Notes: generated by a model from the sequence alone, not told the origin. Positions 28,523-38,420 are shown, numbered from the stretch's first letter. The stretch is 64,000 nt of DNA from an uncultured Bacilli bacterium (GCA_934140285.1 CAKPBI010000003.1:4130-68129); one strand, 5' to 3'. Translations and numbers: made by a program.

Positions 28523-29161
28523 ATGAAATTGTTTAAGAAAATTGCTCAACACAAATTTCAGTTTTTCTTCTTTGTTGGTTTAGTTGGATTACTTGTTGTA
28601 GCTTTAGTTGTAAGTGCAAGCTCATCAACAACAAAGCCTAATGACCCTACTAAGGATCCAGAAAAACCAAACGTTGATCCAGGTGTTGATGTTAAACCTG
28701 AGGAATTAATGACTCTTCCATTTGATAAAACCATGGATTACACAATTGTTCGTAAATTTTATGAAAAAGATGAAACTAAAGAAAATCAAAAGCTTGGTCT
28801 AATAAAATATCAAAATAGTTATCGTACTAGTCTTGGAACAAGTTTTGCGAAAAAAGATGATACCGCATTTGATGTATTAGCTGTCTTTAGTGGTAAAGTA
28901 GTAGAAGTAAAAGAAAATCCATTATTTTCAAATTATGTTGTAATTGAACATAAAGATGGAGTAAAAACTTATTACTATGGTTTAAGTGAAGTATGCGTAA
29001 CTGTTGGTAAAGAAGTAGCTCAAGGTGATAAACTTGGGGTAAGTGGAAAAACTGAGATTGATGCAGAAACTGGCAATCATGTTTATTTTAAAATATGTAA
29101 AGCTGGAACATACTACAATCCTGAAAAATTAATCGGGAAAAAGTTAACTGAAATTAAGTAA
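28523..29161 (+). CDS. Membrane-anchored LytM/M23-fold protein with degenerate metal ligands (SpoIIQ-like)
   Basis: N-terminal TM helix, P/D/K-rich linker, M23 fold pattern (VLAVFSGKVVEV..YVVIEHKDGVKTYYYGL..GDKLGVSG..GNHVYFKI), but HxxxD is absent and HxH is replaced by HVY. Confidence 0.65.
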   Translation: MKLFKKIAQHKFQFFFFVGLVGLLVVALVVSASSSTTKPNDPTKDPEKPNVDPGVDVKPEELMTLPFDKTMDYTIVRKFYEKDETKENQKLGLIKYQNSYRTSLGTSFAKKDDTAFDVLAVFSGKVVEVKENPLFSNYVVIEHKDGVKTYYYGLSEVCVTVGKEVAQGDKLGVSGKTEIDAETGNHVYFKICKAGTYYNPEKLIGKKLTEIK

Positions 29162-29195
29162 AAAAACTGCTAGTAAATGCTAGCAGTTTTCTTCT
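29162..29195. terminator. Bidirectional terminator
   Basis: ACTGCTAG-taaatg-CTAGCAGT hairpin flanked by an A-run and a T-run, between convergent genes. Confidence 0.8.
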
Positions 29196-29208
29196 TTTAA
29201 TATGTATA

Positions 29209-29778
29209 TTACTTTTTTAAATTATTTTTAGATATAGTTAAAATATATGGCGAAGTAGGTCGATTGTAATTTTGATATTTACATACTAAAAAATCTTTGC
29301 TTGATAATGACTTTACATATTCATCAATCATTGAACTTTCAATTTTACCTTCCTCATGCCAAGGATATAAAACTATAATAATTAACATATCAGGATTTAA
29401 CCAAAACCTGCTTAAGACTTTTTTTAAACTAGCCATTGTGCTTTCATGGTTAGTAGTAATTGATTTATCCCCATTTGGAAGATACCCTAAGTTATAGATA
29501 ATTAAGTCAAGATTAGTTTCATCAATAAATTCATGACTTTTGAGCTTTAGAGTTACATTTTCAATATTTTCTTTTTTTAATTCATCTAAAGTATAATCAA
29601 GAGCTATTTGTTGAATATCATAACTATAGACATGACCAATGGTTGAAAGTAGTTTTGCCATAAAGATTGTATCACTACCTCTACCACATGTTGCGTCAAC
29701 AAAAACCATATTTTCATGTTTAAATCTTTTAAAATAATCATTTATTAATAGATGGGAAAATTCAACTATTTTGTACAT
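29209..29778 (-). CDS. mnmM: tRNA (mnm5s2U34) methyltransferase MnmM (YtqB family)
   Basis: VDATCGRGSDTIFMA, GHVYSYDIQ, YNLGYLPNGDKSITT closely follow the B. subtilis YtqB pattern; overlaps ytqA by 13 nt. Confidence 0.85.
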   Translation of the reverse strand: MYKIVEFSHLLINDYFKRFKHENMVFVDATCGRGSDTIFMAKLLSTIGHVYSYDIQQIALDYTLDELKKENIENVTLKLKSHEFIDETNLDLIIYNLGYLPNGDKSITTNHESTMASLKKVLSRFWLNPDMLIIIVLYPWHEEGKIESSMIDEYVKSLSSKDFLVCKYQNYNRPTSPYILTISKNNLKK

Positions 29779-30713
29779 AAATCACCTTGAAAGACATTTT
29801 CTTTTCGCATTAATTTATCAATTTCATTTAATACTACAAATTTCTTTAAAGTCCAAGTAGGTTCAATCAACAAATCTTTAGGAGCATCTCCAGTTAAACG
29901 ATGAATAACAATATTTTCATCTAATAACCTAAGTTGTTGAACAACAATCTTTACATATTCTTCAAGAGTCAAAACATGAAAAGGATGCATCATATAATAC
30001 TTTTCAAGTGGTGTATTTTTCATAATATGAAGCATATGAATCTTAACACCATCAGGATGCTCATTATTAACAAATTTAACTGTATTTATCATATCAGTAG
30101 TAGTTTCATTAGGAAGTCCATTAATAATATGAACAATCGTATGAATTCCCGCTTTCTTAAGCTTTCTAATGGCATCAAGAAAAACTTCATTATGGTACCC
30201 CCTATTAATAAGTTTTGCAGTAACTTCATTAGAGGTTTGAAACCCTAGTTCTACCCATACTTCAATTCTTTGATTTAATTCTTGTAAATATTTAATTTTT
30301 TCATCATCAATGGCATCTGGTCTTGTCGCAATACTAAGTACTTTAATATTTTCATCAATTGGACCATCTTTAGTTATGATTTGTTCATAGACGCTTTTTA
30401 ATTTTTCCAAACTTCCATAGGTGTTAGTATTAGCTTGAAAGTAAGCTATGTAATACCCATCATTCCACTTATGCATCATCATTTTCTTAATTTCTTCAAA
30501 TTGGGTTCTTAATGGATGTTTTACGTTTCCTGCGAAATCACCACTACCTGCCTCAGAACAAAAGATGCAACCAAGTTTACTGATAGTGCCATCACGGTTT
30601 GGACAACTAAAGTTGCCATTTAAAGATATTCTAAATGTTTTTTTACCAAAGCGCTGTAAACAATAATTATTCATTGTATAGTAATGCTTTTCATTATTAA
30701 ATAAGGGATTCAT
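29766..30713 (-). CDS. ytqA: TIGR01212-family radical SAM protein (YtqA)
   Basis: CPNRDGT..GCIFCSE cysteine cluster and conserved ytqA-ytqB pairing; start taken at MNPLF behind an AAGAGGAAA SD. Confidence 0.85.
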   Translation of the reverse strand: MNPLFNNEKHYYTMNNYCLQRFGKKTFRISLNGNFSCPNRDGTISKLGCIFCSEAGSGDFAGNVKHPLRTQFEEIKKMMMHKWNDGYYIAYFQANTNTYGSLEKLKSVYEQIITKDGPIDENIKVLSIATRPDAIDDEKIKYLQELNQRIEVWVELGFQTSNEVTAKLINRGYHNEVFLDAIRKLKKAGIHTIVHIINGLPNETTTDMINTVKFVNNEHPDGVKIHMLHIMKNTPLEKYYMMHPFHVLTLEEYVKIVVQQLRLLDENIVIHRLTGDAPKDLLIEPTWTLKKFVVLNEIDKLMRKENVFQGDLCTK

Positions 30714-30854
30714 AATATTTCCTCTTTTCATATATATAGTTTAACAAAATAACGATGTTTTGTCAAAAACAAAGAAATGCAAAAACGCTTTAAAATGTTA
30801 AATATTATTTTTTTTACTTAAAAAGTGATATAATAAAATGTAGGAGAAATGACT

Positions 30855-31742
30855 ATGAAACAAAATAAAACAATCAGAATTATAATCAATTTATTAATCT
30901 ATTTAGTAGGAATAATCGGCAGTTACTTTCTATATCAATTATTTGAAAGTATTCTTCCTCAAAAACTTAATAATCCATTATTCATTTTAATAATTCTTAA
31001 TGTTATTCTCACCATTTTTATTTTTACTTTGGGAACAATAATAAAAGAATATAATCTATATAATTTATATTGGGGAGTTGTATCACTATTTTCAATATTG
31101 ATGTTCGCTTTAAAAACAAAATTGCTTTCTAATGGTAATGTTATAATCATAATTATATGTATAGCAATTTATACTTTAAAGTCACTTGCTGAATTTATTA
31201 TAAAAATAACTAATAATGAAAATGATGACTGGAAGTATGAAACTTTACAAAAGAAGCATCCATCCATTTGGCCAATCTTTGCTTTCTTTTTAATGTCACT
31301 ACTTCCTACAGCTTTACTTTATTTAGGAATGCTTCCAGCATTTAAGTATATTGAAGAATTTAAAAGAGGCGCTACACCAACCCTTTCAACATGGCTTGGC
31401 CTTGTAGTACTTTTAGTAGGTATTGTTTTTGAAGAAATAGCAGAAATTCAAAAGTCAATATTTAATAAAAAACAAGATAATAAGGGTAAAATTTGTAATT
31501 ATGGCTTATACAAGAAGAGTCGCTACCCTCAATATTTTGGAGAAATATTATTTTGGTTTGGTCTTTGCATGATGGGAATATCGTTTGTTAATGATCAAAA
31601 TTGGATTTTAATTTCTTCACCAGTGATGATTTTAGTATATATCAGTGCATTAATCATTCCTATGAATGATAAACATAATCTTGAAGTCTATCATGACTTT
31701 GACAAACATAAAGAAAAAACAAATGGATTTTTTCCATTTTAG
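30855..31742 (+). CDS. DUF1295 / steroid 5-alpha-reductase-like membrane protein
   Basis: Multi-TM protein; C-terminal YGLYKKSRYPQYFGEILFWFG motif typical of DUF1295/ICMT-like enzymes; the ATG at 30855 is 8 nt after AGGAG. Confidence 0.7.
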   Translation: MKQNKTIRIIINLLIYLVGIIGSYFLYQLFESILPQKLNNPLFILIILNVILTIFIFTLGTIIKEYNLYNLYWGVVSLFSILMFALKTKLLSNGNVIIIIICIAIYTLKSLAEFIIKITNNENDDWKYETLQKKHPSIWPIFAFFLMSLLPTALLYLGMLPAFKYIEEFKRGATPTLSTWLGLVVLLVGIVFEEIAEIQKSIFNKKQDNKGKICNYGLYKKSRYPQYFGEILFWFGLCMMGISFVNDQNWILISSPVMILVYISALIIPMNDKHNLEVYHDFDKHKEKTNGFFPF

Positions 31743-31756
31743 AAAAGAGGTAAAAT

Positions 31757-33217
31757 ATGGCTTGTACAACAATTTTAGTAGGTAAAGATGCGAGTTATGA
31801 TGGTTCAACCATGATCGCACGTAATGATGATGGTTTTTTTGATGAAAAAAAACTAATCGTAGTTGAACCTAAAGATCAACCAAGAAAGTACAAAACAGTA
31901 AATAGTCACTTAGAGATTGAACTTCCAGACAATCCTCTTCGCTATACTTCATGTCCTAGCGTTAATCCTAAACATGGAGTTTGGCCCGCAAATGGCATTA
32001 ATGAAGCTAATGTTGCGATGACGGCTACAGAAACTATTACATCTAATCCTTTAGTCCTTGGTGCTGATCCATATGTAAAATATGTTAAAGCAAAATCAGA
32101 AGAGGAAAAAGATATCCCTGGTGGTATTGGTGAAGAAGACTTAGTATTAATTACGCTTCCTTATATTACAACTGCTAAAGAAGGGGTAATTAGACTTGGA
32201 AGTTTACTTGAAAAATACGGAACTTATGAACCTAATGGTATTGCTTTTTCTGATTCTAAGGAAATATGGTGGCTTGAAACTATTGGTGGACATAACTGGA
32301 TTGCTCGCAAAGTAAAAGATAATGAATATGTAGTAATGCCAAATCAATTTGGTCTTGATCGTTTTGATTTTGATGATGCATATGGAGAACAAAAAGAAAA
32401 CATGTGTTCAAAAGGCTTAAAACAATTAGTTGAAGATTATCATTTAAATCTTAACAATGATGGTAAATTTAATCCACGTCTTGCTTTTGGCAGCCATAGT
32501 GATGCTGATCACATTTATAATACTCCACGTGCATGGTATATGGCACGCTACTTTAATCCTAATACTTACAAATGGGATGGTGAAAATGCTGACTTTAACC
32601 CACAAAGTGATAATATCCCATGGTCATTTGTTCCAGAAAGAAAGATTACTGTAGAAGATGTTAAGTATATCTTATCATCATATTATCAAGGAACTCCATA
32701 TAACCCATATAGTAAGATAGGTGACAAACAAGGAATCTATCGTCCAATCGGTATTAGCCGTACTGGTGTAATGGCAGTACTTCAAATAAGAGGATATATG
32801 CCAAAAGAAATTGCGGCAGTGGAATGGATATGTTTTGGGTCTAATGCTTTTAATGCGATAATTCCAATGTATACTAATACCAATAAAATGCCTAAATATA
32901 TTAGTGATGTCACACTTGATGTATCAACTTCTAATTTTTATTGGACATCTCGTTTAATTGGAGCTTTAGCAGATGCTCACTATGCTAGTGGTATAATTAT
33001 AGTTGAACGTTACCAAGCTCAAGTTGCTAATGAATCACATCACCTTTTAAATGTATATGATAAAAAGATGATAGAGACAAATAACTTCACCCTAATTGAT
33101 GAAGCAAACGATGCCGTCGCAAAAATGGCTGAAGAAAAAACTCAAGATGCTCTAAATAAAATACTACTTGATGCATCAACCCATATGAAGAATGGATATA
33201 ATCGCGCAGATAATTAA
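31757..33217 (+). CDS. C69-family dipeptidase
   Basis: MACTTILVGK.. with the nucleophile Cys at position 3; 486 aa; typical PepD/C69 pattern (GIAFSD..WWLE, YNTPRAW). Confidence 0.85.
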   Translation: MACTTILVGKDASYDGSTMIARNDDGFFDEKKLIVVEPKDQPRKYKTVNSHLEIELPDNPLRYTSCPSVNPKHGVWPANGINEANVAMTATETITSNPLVLGADPYVKYVKAKSEEEKDIPGGIGEEDLVLITLPYITTAKEGVIRLGSLLEKYGTYEPNGIAFSDSKEIWWLETIGGHNWIARKVKDNEYVVMPNQFGLDRFDFDDAYGEQKENMCSKGLKQLVEDYHLNLNNDGKFNPRLAFGSHSDADHIYNTPRAWYMARYFNPNTYKWDGENADFNPQSDNIPWSFVPERKITVEDVKYILSSYYQGTPYNPYSKIGDKQGIYRPIGISRTGVMAVLQIRGYMPKEIAAVEWICFGSNAFNAIIPMYTNTNKMPKYISDVTLDVSTSNFYWTSRLIGALADAHYASGIIIVERYQAQVANESHHLLNVYDKKMIETNNFTLIDEANDAVAKMAEEKTQDALNKILLDASTHMKNGYNRADN

Positions 33218-33220
33218 AAA

Positions 33221-33248
33221 AAAGGATTACTTGAAAAAGTAATCCTTT
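33221..33248. terminator. Bidirectional terminator
   Basis: AAAGGATTACTT-gaaa-AAGTAATCCTTT perfect 12-bp stem between convergent genes. Confidence 0.85.
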
Positions 33249-33861
33249 ATTCTATTTCCTCTTCATCATCATTTTTTAAGATTCTTATCTTAATAAGATT
33301 ATTAGTCATACTAATTAATTGATTACAAACTCCTGTTACTTCATCTTTAGGTACTCTTACAATAAAAGTAACATCTGTAGAAAATTGCTTTTTAATAATC
33401 TCATATTTTGAAAGTCTATTTTCAATAATATTCATAAAACTATAATCAAAGGAAAGATATAATCCTAGATAATTAATAATAGGGGTAATTTCTAACATTT
33501 TTAAGGCTGTACTTGCACTCTTAGAGTAGGCTCTAACTAAACCTCCAGCTCCAAGTTTAACCCCACCAAAATAACGCACAATCACACATGTAAAGTTTGT
33601 GATATCATTTTTCCTAAAAACATCAAGGGTAGGAAGACCAGCGGTTCCACTTGGTTCCCCATCATCATTAGCTTGTCCATACTCTCCCGTTTTTCCGATA
33701 GTCATGGCAACCACATGATGGGTAGCACTAGGATGAAGAGCTTTAACATAACTTACATAGTCTTTTGCGTCATCAACATTATCTGTATGTTTAAGGTAGG
33801 TTATAAATCTACTTTTATTAATTTCTAATTCATTTACGATTTCACCTTTAATTGTATTCAT
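33247..33861 (-). CDS. yigZ: YigZ / IMPACT-family protein
   Basis: INKSRFITYL, ATHHVVAM, DDGEPSGTAGLP motifs; 204 aa. Confidence 0.85.
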   Translation of the reverse strand: MNTIKGEIVNELEINKSRFITYLKHTDNVDDAKDYVSYVKALHPSATHHVVAMTIGKTGEYGQANDDGEPSGTAGLPTLDVFRKNDITNFTCVIVRYFGGVKLGAGGLVRAYSKSASTALKMLEITPIINYLGLYLSFDYSFMNIIENRLSKYEIIKKQFSTDVTFIVRVPKDEVTGVCNQLISMTNNLIKIRILKNDDEEEIE

Positions 33862-33936
33862 AAATATTACCTCCTTTATAGTATAGCAAAAACAAGAAGA
33901 TTTTTAAAGTAATGTGGTATAATTTATTAAATAAGG

Positions 33937-34416
33937 ATGGAAGAAAATATGGAAAAAGAACTCGTAACCCTACTTAGAAAATTAAATCTTACAATCAGTT
34001 TTGGAGAATCATGTACAGGAGGACTTCTCGCAAGTACCCTTGTTAATGTAAGTGGAGCCTCTAATGTATTTAACGAAAGCTATGTAACATATAGCGAAGA
34101 AGCTAAAATGAGAATCCTTGGTGTAAAAAAAGAAACCTTAGATAAATACTCAGTATACTCAGAAGAAGTAGCTATTGAAATGGTAAAAGGAGTTTACAAT
34201 TTATCTAAAGCAAACATCGCTGTATCAATTACTGGCCGTGCTGGAGGCGAAGTAAAAGAAGAACAAGATGGCAGTTGTGACTTTGCTATTCTCCTTCATA
34301 TAGGTGAAAAAGAAACTCTTTATACAGAACATTTTATTACCTCAGGATTAAGAAATGAGGTTAGGAAAAATCAGGTTGAACACATTTTTGAAGTGATTAT
34401 AAACATGCTAAAATAA
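33937..34416 (+). CDS. pncC: CinA C-terminal domain / nicotinamide-nucleotide amidohydrolase
   Basis: FGESCTGGLLAS hallmark, ITGRAGG; 159 aa stand-alone domain. Confidence 0.8.
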   Translation: MEENMEKELVTLLRKLNLTISFGESCTGGLLASTLVNVSGASNVFNESYVTYSEEAKMRILGVKKETLDKYSVYSEEVAIEMVKGVYNLSKANIAVSITGRAGGEVKEEQDGSCDFAILLHIGEKETLYTEHFITSGLRNEVRKNQVEHIFEVIINMLK

Positions 34417-34438
34417 TAGAATTAATCGGCCAAATTAT

Positions 34439-34467
34439 TTGCTAAAAAAGGTCAAATATGGTATAAT
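34439..34467 (+). promoter_or_regulatory. Sigma-A promoter of tex (TTGCTA-17-TGgTATAAT)
   Basis: -35 TTGCTA at 34439-34444, 17-nt spacer, extended -10 ending at 34467; shows the track start at 34439 is an artefact. Confidence 0.7.
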
Positions 34468-34522
34468 ATTAAAGCCTGTGAAAACAGGGCACACACAATT
34501 TATTGATATACTGGAGGAAATG

Positions 34523-36823
34523 ATGGAAGAAAATAATTACATTAATGAGGCATTACTTGCGAAAATTTCAAAAGAACAAAATGTTAAAATTGTCCAAATT
34601 AATGCCGTTTTAGGACTAATTGAACAAGGTGCAACTGTACCTTTTATCGCTCGTTATCGTAAGGAAGTAACTGGCAATCTTGATGAAGAACAAATTAGAG
34701 CTATTTATCAAGAATGGGAATATGGTCAAAAACTTGCAGCGCGTAAAGAAGATGTAATGCGCTTAATAGAAGAAAAAGGAAAACTAACTGAAGAAATTAA
34801 ACAAGCAATTATCGTTGCTACTAAACTTTCAGAAATTGAAGATATATATCGTCCATTTAAGGAAAAGAAAAAGACTCGTGCGACAGATGCTAAGAAAAAA
34901 GGCTTAGATCCACTTGCTGAATATTTACTAAGTTTCCCTACTGAAGGAAATGTTGAAGAAGAAGCTAGTAAGTATGTAACTAACCTTGATGGCAAGACTG
35001 ATGAAGAAATTGAAGCCATGAAAAAAGAAGGCTTAATTGTTAAAAATGTTCAAGAAGCTTTACAAGGTGCTAAAGATATTATTGCTGAAATGGTATCTGA
35101 TGAACCACGTTATCGTACATGGATTAGAAATAACTTCATCAATTTTGGTAAAATGAAATCAGAAGTAAAAGATGAATCACTTGATGAAAAACATGTTTAT
35201 GAAATGTACTATAATTATGAAGAACCAATTAAGACAATTAAACTTCATAGAATTCTTGCTTTAAATAGAGCCGAAGCTGAAAAAGTAATTAAAGTAAGTA
35301 TCGTTGAAAATCGTGATTTTGTTATCATGTATATTGAAAAAGATAAAATAGGTGATGAAAACATGAAGTCACTTACTGCTCCATATGTTCAAGAAGCATG
35401 TGAAGATGCATATGATCGTTTAATTAAACCTGCAATTGTTCGTGAAATTAGAGCTGACCTAAAAGATAAAGCTGAAGATCAAGCTATCCATATTTTTGGT
35501 GAAAACCTAAGAAACTACTTATTACAAGCACCAATGAAAGGAAAAACAGTTCTTGGTGTTGACCCAGCTTATCGTACTGGATGTAAACTTTGTGTAGTTG
35601 ATGCTACAGGAAAAGTTCTTGAAAAGAGTGTTATGTATCCTCACCAAAAACAAAAAGGTGAAGTTGTTCCTCCAGGAAGATATGAAAATGCTATTAACAT
35701 TTTCTTAGATTTAGTTGAAAGATACAATGTAGAAGTTGTAGCTATCGGTAATGGTACAGCTAGCCGTGAAACAGAAGCCTTTGTTGCAGAACAATTAAAA
35801 CGTGTTTCTCGTCCTGTTAAATACATTATCGTAAATGAAGCTGGTGCATCAGTATATTCTGCATCTGACCTTGCTCGTGAAGAATTCCCTGATTATTCAG
35901 TAGAAGAACGTTCAGCAGTATCAATCGCTCGTCGTCTACAAGATCCACTTTCAGAATTAGTTAAGATTGAACCTAAAGCTATCGGTGTTGGCCAATATCA
36001 ACATGACGTAACACAAAGTAAATTAACGGAATCTCTAGACTTCGTTGTTGAAACTGCCGTTAACCAAGTTGGTGTTAACATCAATACTGCATCAGTATCT
36101 CTACTTCAATATGTAGCTGGTCTTAATGCTGGTGCAGCTAAAAAGATTGTAGCTTATCGTGATGCTAATGGTCGTTTCGTAACAAGAGAAGATATTAAAG
36201 TTAAAGGTGTTGGTCCAAAAGCCTTAGAACAAGCAATTGGTTTCTTAAGAATCGTTGATGGTTCTGAACCACTTGATATGACTGCTATCCACCCTGAAAG
36301 TTATGAAGTTGCTAAAGCAATTCTTACAAAACTTGGATTTACAACAAGTGACCTTGGAAAAGCAGAATTAGTTGAAAAAGTTAAAGTTTTAACAGATGAA
36401 GATAAGAAAGCTCTAATCACTGAACTTAACGTTGGTGAATATACATTAAATGATATTCTTGATGCCTTTGTATCTCCACTACGTGACCCACGTGATGAAA
36501 TTGAAGCTCCTGTTTTAAGAAGTGATGTTCTACATCTTGAAGACTTAAAACCAGGTATGGAACTTCAAGGTACAGTTCGTAACGTTGTTGACTTTGGTGC
36601 TTTCGTTGACTGTGGTGTTAAAGATGATGGTTTAGTTCACATCTCTAAGATGTCAAAGGGCTATATTAAACATCCACTTGATGCGGTAAGTGTTGGTCAA
36701 ATTGTTAAAGTTTGGGTATTAGATGTTGATCTAAAGAAGAGCCGTTTACAATTAACAATGATCGACCCTAATGAAAAAACTGCCGAAAAGCCTAAAAAAC
36801 AAGCAAAAAAACAAGAAAATTAA
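34523..36823 (+). CDS. tex: Tex-like transcription accessory protein (S1 domain)
   Basis: FIARYRKE motif, YqgF-like and HhH regions, C-terminal S1 domain (GTVRNVVDFGAFVD); start after GGAGG at 34513-34517. Confidence 0.92.
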   Translation: MEENNYINEALLAKISKEQNVKIVQINAVLGLIEQGATVPFIARYRKEVTGNLDEEQIRAIYQEWEYGQKLAARKEDVMRLIEEKGKLTEEIKQAIIVATKLSEIEDIYRPFKEKKKTRATDAKKKGLDPLAEYLLSFPTEGNVEEEASKYVTNLDGKTDEEIEAMKKEGLIVKNVQEALQGAKDIIAEMVSDEPRYRTWIRNNFINFGKMKSEVKDESLDEKHVYEMYYNYEEPIKTIKLHRILALNRAEAEKVIKVSIVENRDFVIMYIEKDKIGDENMKSLTAPYVQEACEDAYDRLIKPAIVREIRADLKDKAEDQAIHIFGENLRNYLLQAPMKGKTVLGVDPAYRTGCKLCVVDATGKVLEKSVMYPHQKQKGEVVPPGRYENAINIFLDLVERYNVEVVAIGNGTASRETEAFVAEQLKRVSRPVKYIIVNEAGASVYSASDLAREEFPDYSVEERSAVSIARRLQDPLSELVKIEPKAIGVGQYQHDVTQSKLTESLDFVVETAVNQVGVNINTASVSLLQYVAGLNAGAAKKIVAYRDANGRFVTREDIKVKGVGPKALEQAIGFLRIVDGSEPLDMTAIHPESYEVAKAILTKLGFTTSDLGKAELVEKVKVLTDEDKKALITELNVGEYTLNDILDAFVSPLRDPRDEIEAPVLRSDVLHLEDLKPGMELQGTVRNVVDFGAFVDCGVKDDGLVHISKMSKGYIKHPLDAVSVGQIVKVWVLDVDLKKSRLQLTMIDPNEKTAEKPKKQAKKQEN

Positions 36824-36859
36824 TATAAATATAGTATAATATGTTTAGGAGGATTTTTT

Positions 36860-37087
36860 ATGGTATTAGAAACTGTTGCTGCGATTATCGCAAAAGAATT
36901 AAACAAAAAAGCTGAAGACATAAAAATGGAAACTAGATTAGTTGAAGATCTTGGTGCTGACTCTTTGGATGCAGTTGAAATTATGTTCGCATTAGAAGAA
37001 AAATTTGGCCTTGAAATAGATGATGATGCCGCTTTACAAATGAAGACTGTTGGCGATCTAGTTAACTATATTGAAGCACATAAATAA
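36860..37087 (+). CDS. acpP: Acyl carrier protein
   Basis: 75 aa; LGADSLDAVEIM phosphopantetheine attachment motif. Confidence 0.92.
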   Translation: MVLETVAAIIAKELNKKAEDIKMETRLVEDLGADSLDAVEIMFALEEKFGLEIDDDAALQMKTVGDLVNYIEAHK

Positions 37088-37100
37088 TAACAACTAAAAC

Positions 37101-37135
37101 AAAATCCTATTCTACTTAGTAGAGTAGGATTTTTA
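37101..37135 (+). terminator. Rho-independent terminator after acpP
   Basis: 14-bp stem AATCCTATTCTACT/AGTAGAGTAGGATT (one G-U pair) followed by TTTT. Confidence 0.85.
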
Positions 37136-37236
37136 ATTATATTGTTAATAATTTAATATTATAAGTTAATACTAAATTATGTATAGCTAATAAATGAATA
37201 TTAGCTAACTATTTTAAAACTTTTAAATTAAAAGAG

Positions 37237-37265
37237 TTGACTATTTTTTGATTTTGTTTTATAAT
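37237..37265 (+). promoter_or_regulatory. Sigma-A promoter (TTGACT-17-TATAAT)
   Basis: -35 TTGACT at 37237-37242, 17-nt spacer, -10 TATAAT at 37260-37265. Confidence 0.75.
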
Positions 37266-37286
37266 TTAAATGATGAGGTGAAGAAT

Positions 37287-38420
37287 ATGGAAAAACAAGA
37301 AAAAGTAAAAAAAGAATCTAAAAAGACAACAGTAAAAAAGACTACTCCGGTAAAGACTAAGATTGACCCTAAAACTGGTACTCTAAAAGTAGTTACTCCT
37401 AAAAAGACAACTAAGAAAGAAGAACCTAAGAAAACAACAAAAACAACTACTAAAAAAGCAACTACTACCACTAAGAAGACTACCACTAAAAAAGCAACGT
37501 CTACTCCTAAAAAGACAACAGTTAAAAAAGAACCTAAAGTAGTAGTTCCAGAAACTCCAGTGGTTGAAATAGTACCTGAAGTTACTCCTGAGGTTGTAAA
37601 CACTGTACAAGAAATAGTAGAAACTATCACCCCTGAAAAGAAAGAAGAAACAACTGAAGTAGTTACTCCAACTAATGAAGAAGAAATAACTAGCTTTGAA
37701 GAAATACTTACGGATACTGAACAACCTGAAAAGGTTATGCCTTTTGTTAAGGTAGAAACTCCTAAAAAACGTGGACGTAAACCATCAGAAAATCCTCTAC
37801 CAAAGAAAAGTTCTCGTGAACTAACAATTGAACCTCCTAAACGTCAACCTAAGGTTGAACCTAAAAAAGAGGAAAAGAAACCAGAGGAACCAAAACCAAT
37901 AGTTCGTCCTACTCCAAAAAAACCTAAAAACTTTACAAAAGAAGAAAAGGTTGTTTATAAGAAATTACAAGAAGCATTTAATTTTGTTGCGAATATGACA
38001 AACGTTATTGAAGAAAGAACAATGGATCCAAAATTAATTTCTGATTTAACAGTCGGTGAACTTCATGTTATTGAAGCAGTAGATCAAAATAATAATAAAC
38101 CAATGTCATTAATTGCAAAAAAATTAAAGGTTACAGTTGGTTCACTTACTATAAGCATTAATCGTCTTGTTCAAAAAGGATACTTACTTCGTACAAGACA
38201 TGAAATGGACCATCGTATTATTTTAATAAGCATTACTCAAAAAGGTAAAAAAGTTTTAAAAGTTCATGATAATTTCCATGAAACAATTCTAGGTTTAGTT
38301 CTTGATTCATTAACACTAAAACAAACATATACGGTTATGAATCAATTCGCAATGGTTCTTGAAAATTATTATGATCCAACAACAATAGAGTCGATTAGTA
38401 AGAAAGGAAGTAAGAAATAA
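37287..38420 (+). CDS. MarR-family (FabT-like) regulator with a roughly 230-aa K/T/P/E-rich N-terminal extension
   Basis: ATG at 37287 behind GAGGTG. The C-terminal about 145 aa (..ELHVIEAV..VTVGSLTISINRLVQKGYLLRTRHEMDHRIILISITQKGKK..HDNFH) parallels streptococcal FabT. The N-terminal part is KKTT/KKAT/PKK low-complexity sequence. Confidence 0.7.
   Translation: MEKQEKVKKESKKTTVKKTTPVKTKIDPKTGTLKVVTPKKTTKKEEPKKTTKTTTKKATTTTKKTTTKKATSTPKKTTVKKEPKVVVPETPVVEIVPEVTPEVVNTVQEIVETITPEKKEETTEVVTPTNEEEITSFEEILTDTEQPEKVMPFVKVETPKKRGRKPSENPLPKKSSRELTIEPPKRQPKVEPKKEEKKPEEPKPIVRPTPKKPKNFTKEEKVVYKKLQEAFNFVANMTNVIEERTMDPKLISDLTVGELHVIEAVDQNNNKPMSLIAKKLKVTVGSLTISINRLVQKGYLLRTRHEMDHRIILISITQKGKKVLKVHDNFHETILGLVLDSLTLKQTYTVMNQFAMVLENYYDPTTIESISKKGSKK

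Noticed and set aside
37259-37724. Two minus-strand ORFs (123 and 113 aa) rich in V/F/S/T
   Set aside because: They are antisense to the low-complexity AAA/ACT-rich segment of the FabT-like gene, which lacks antisense stop codons by composition. These are not credible proteins.
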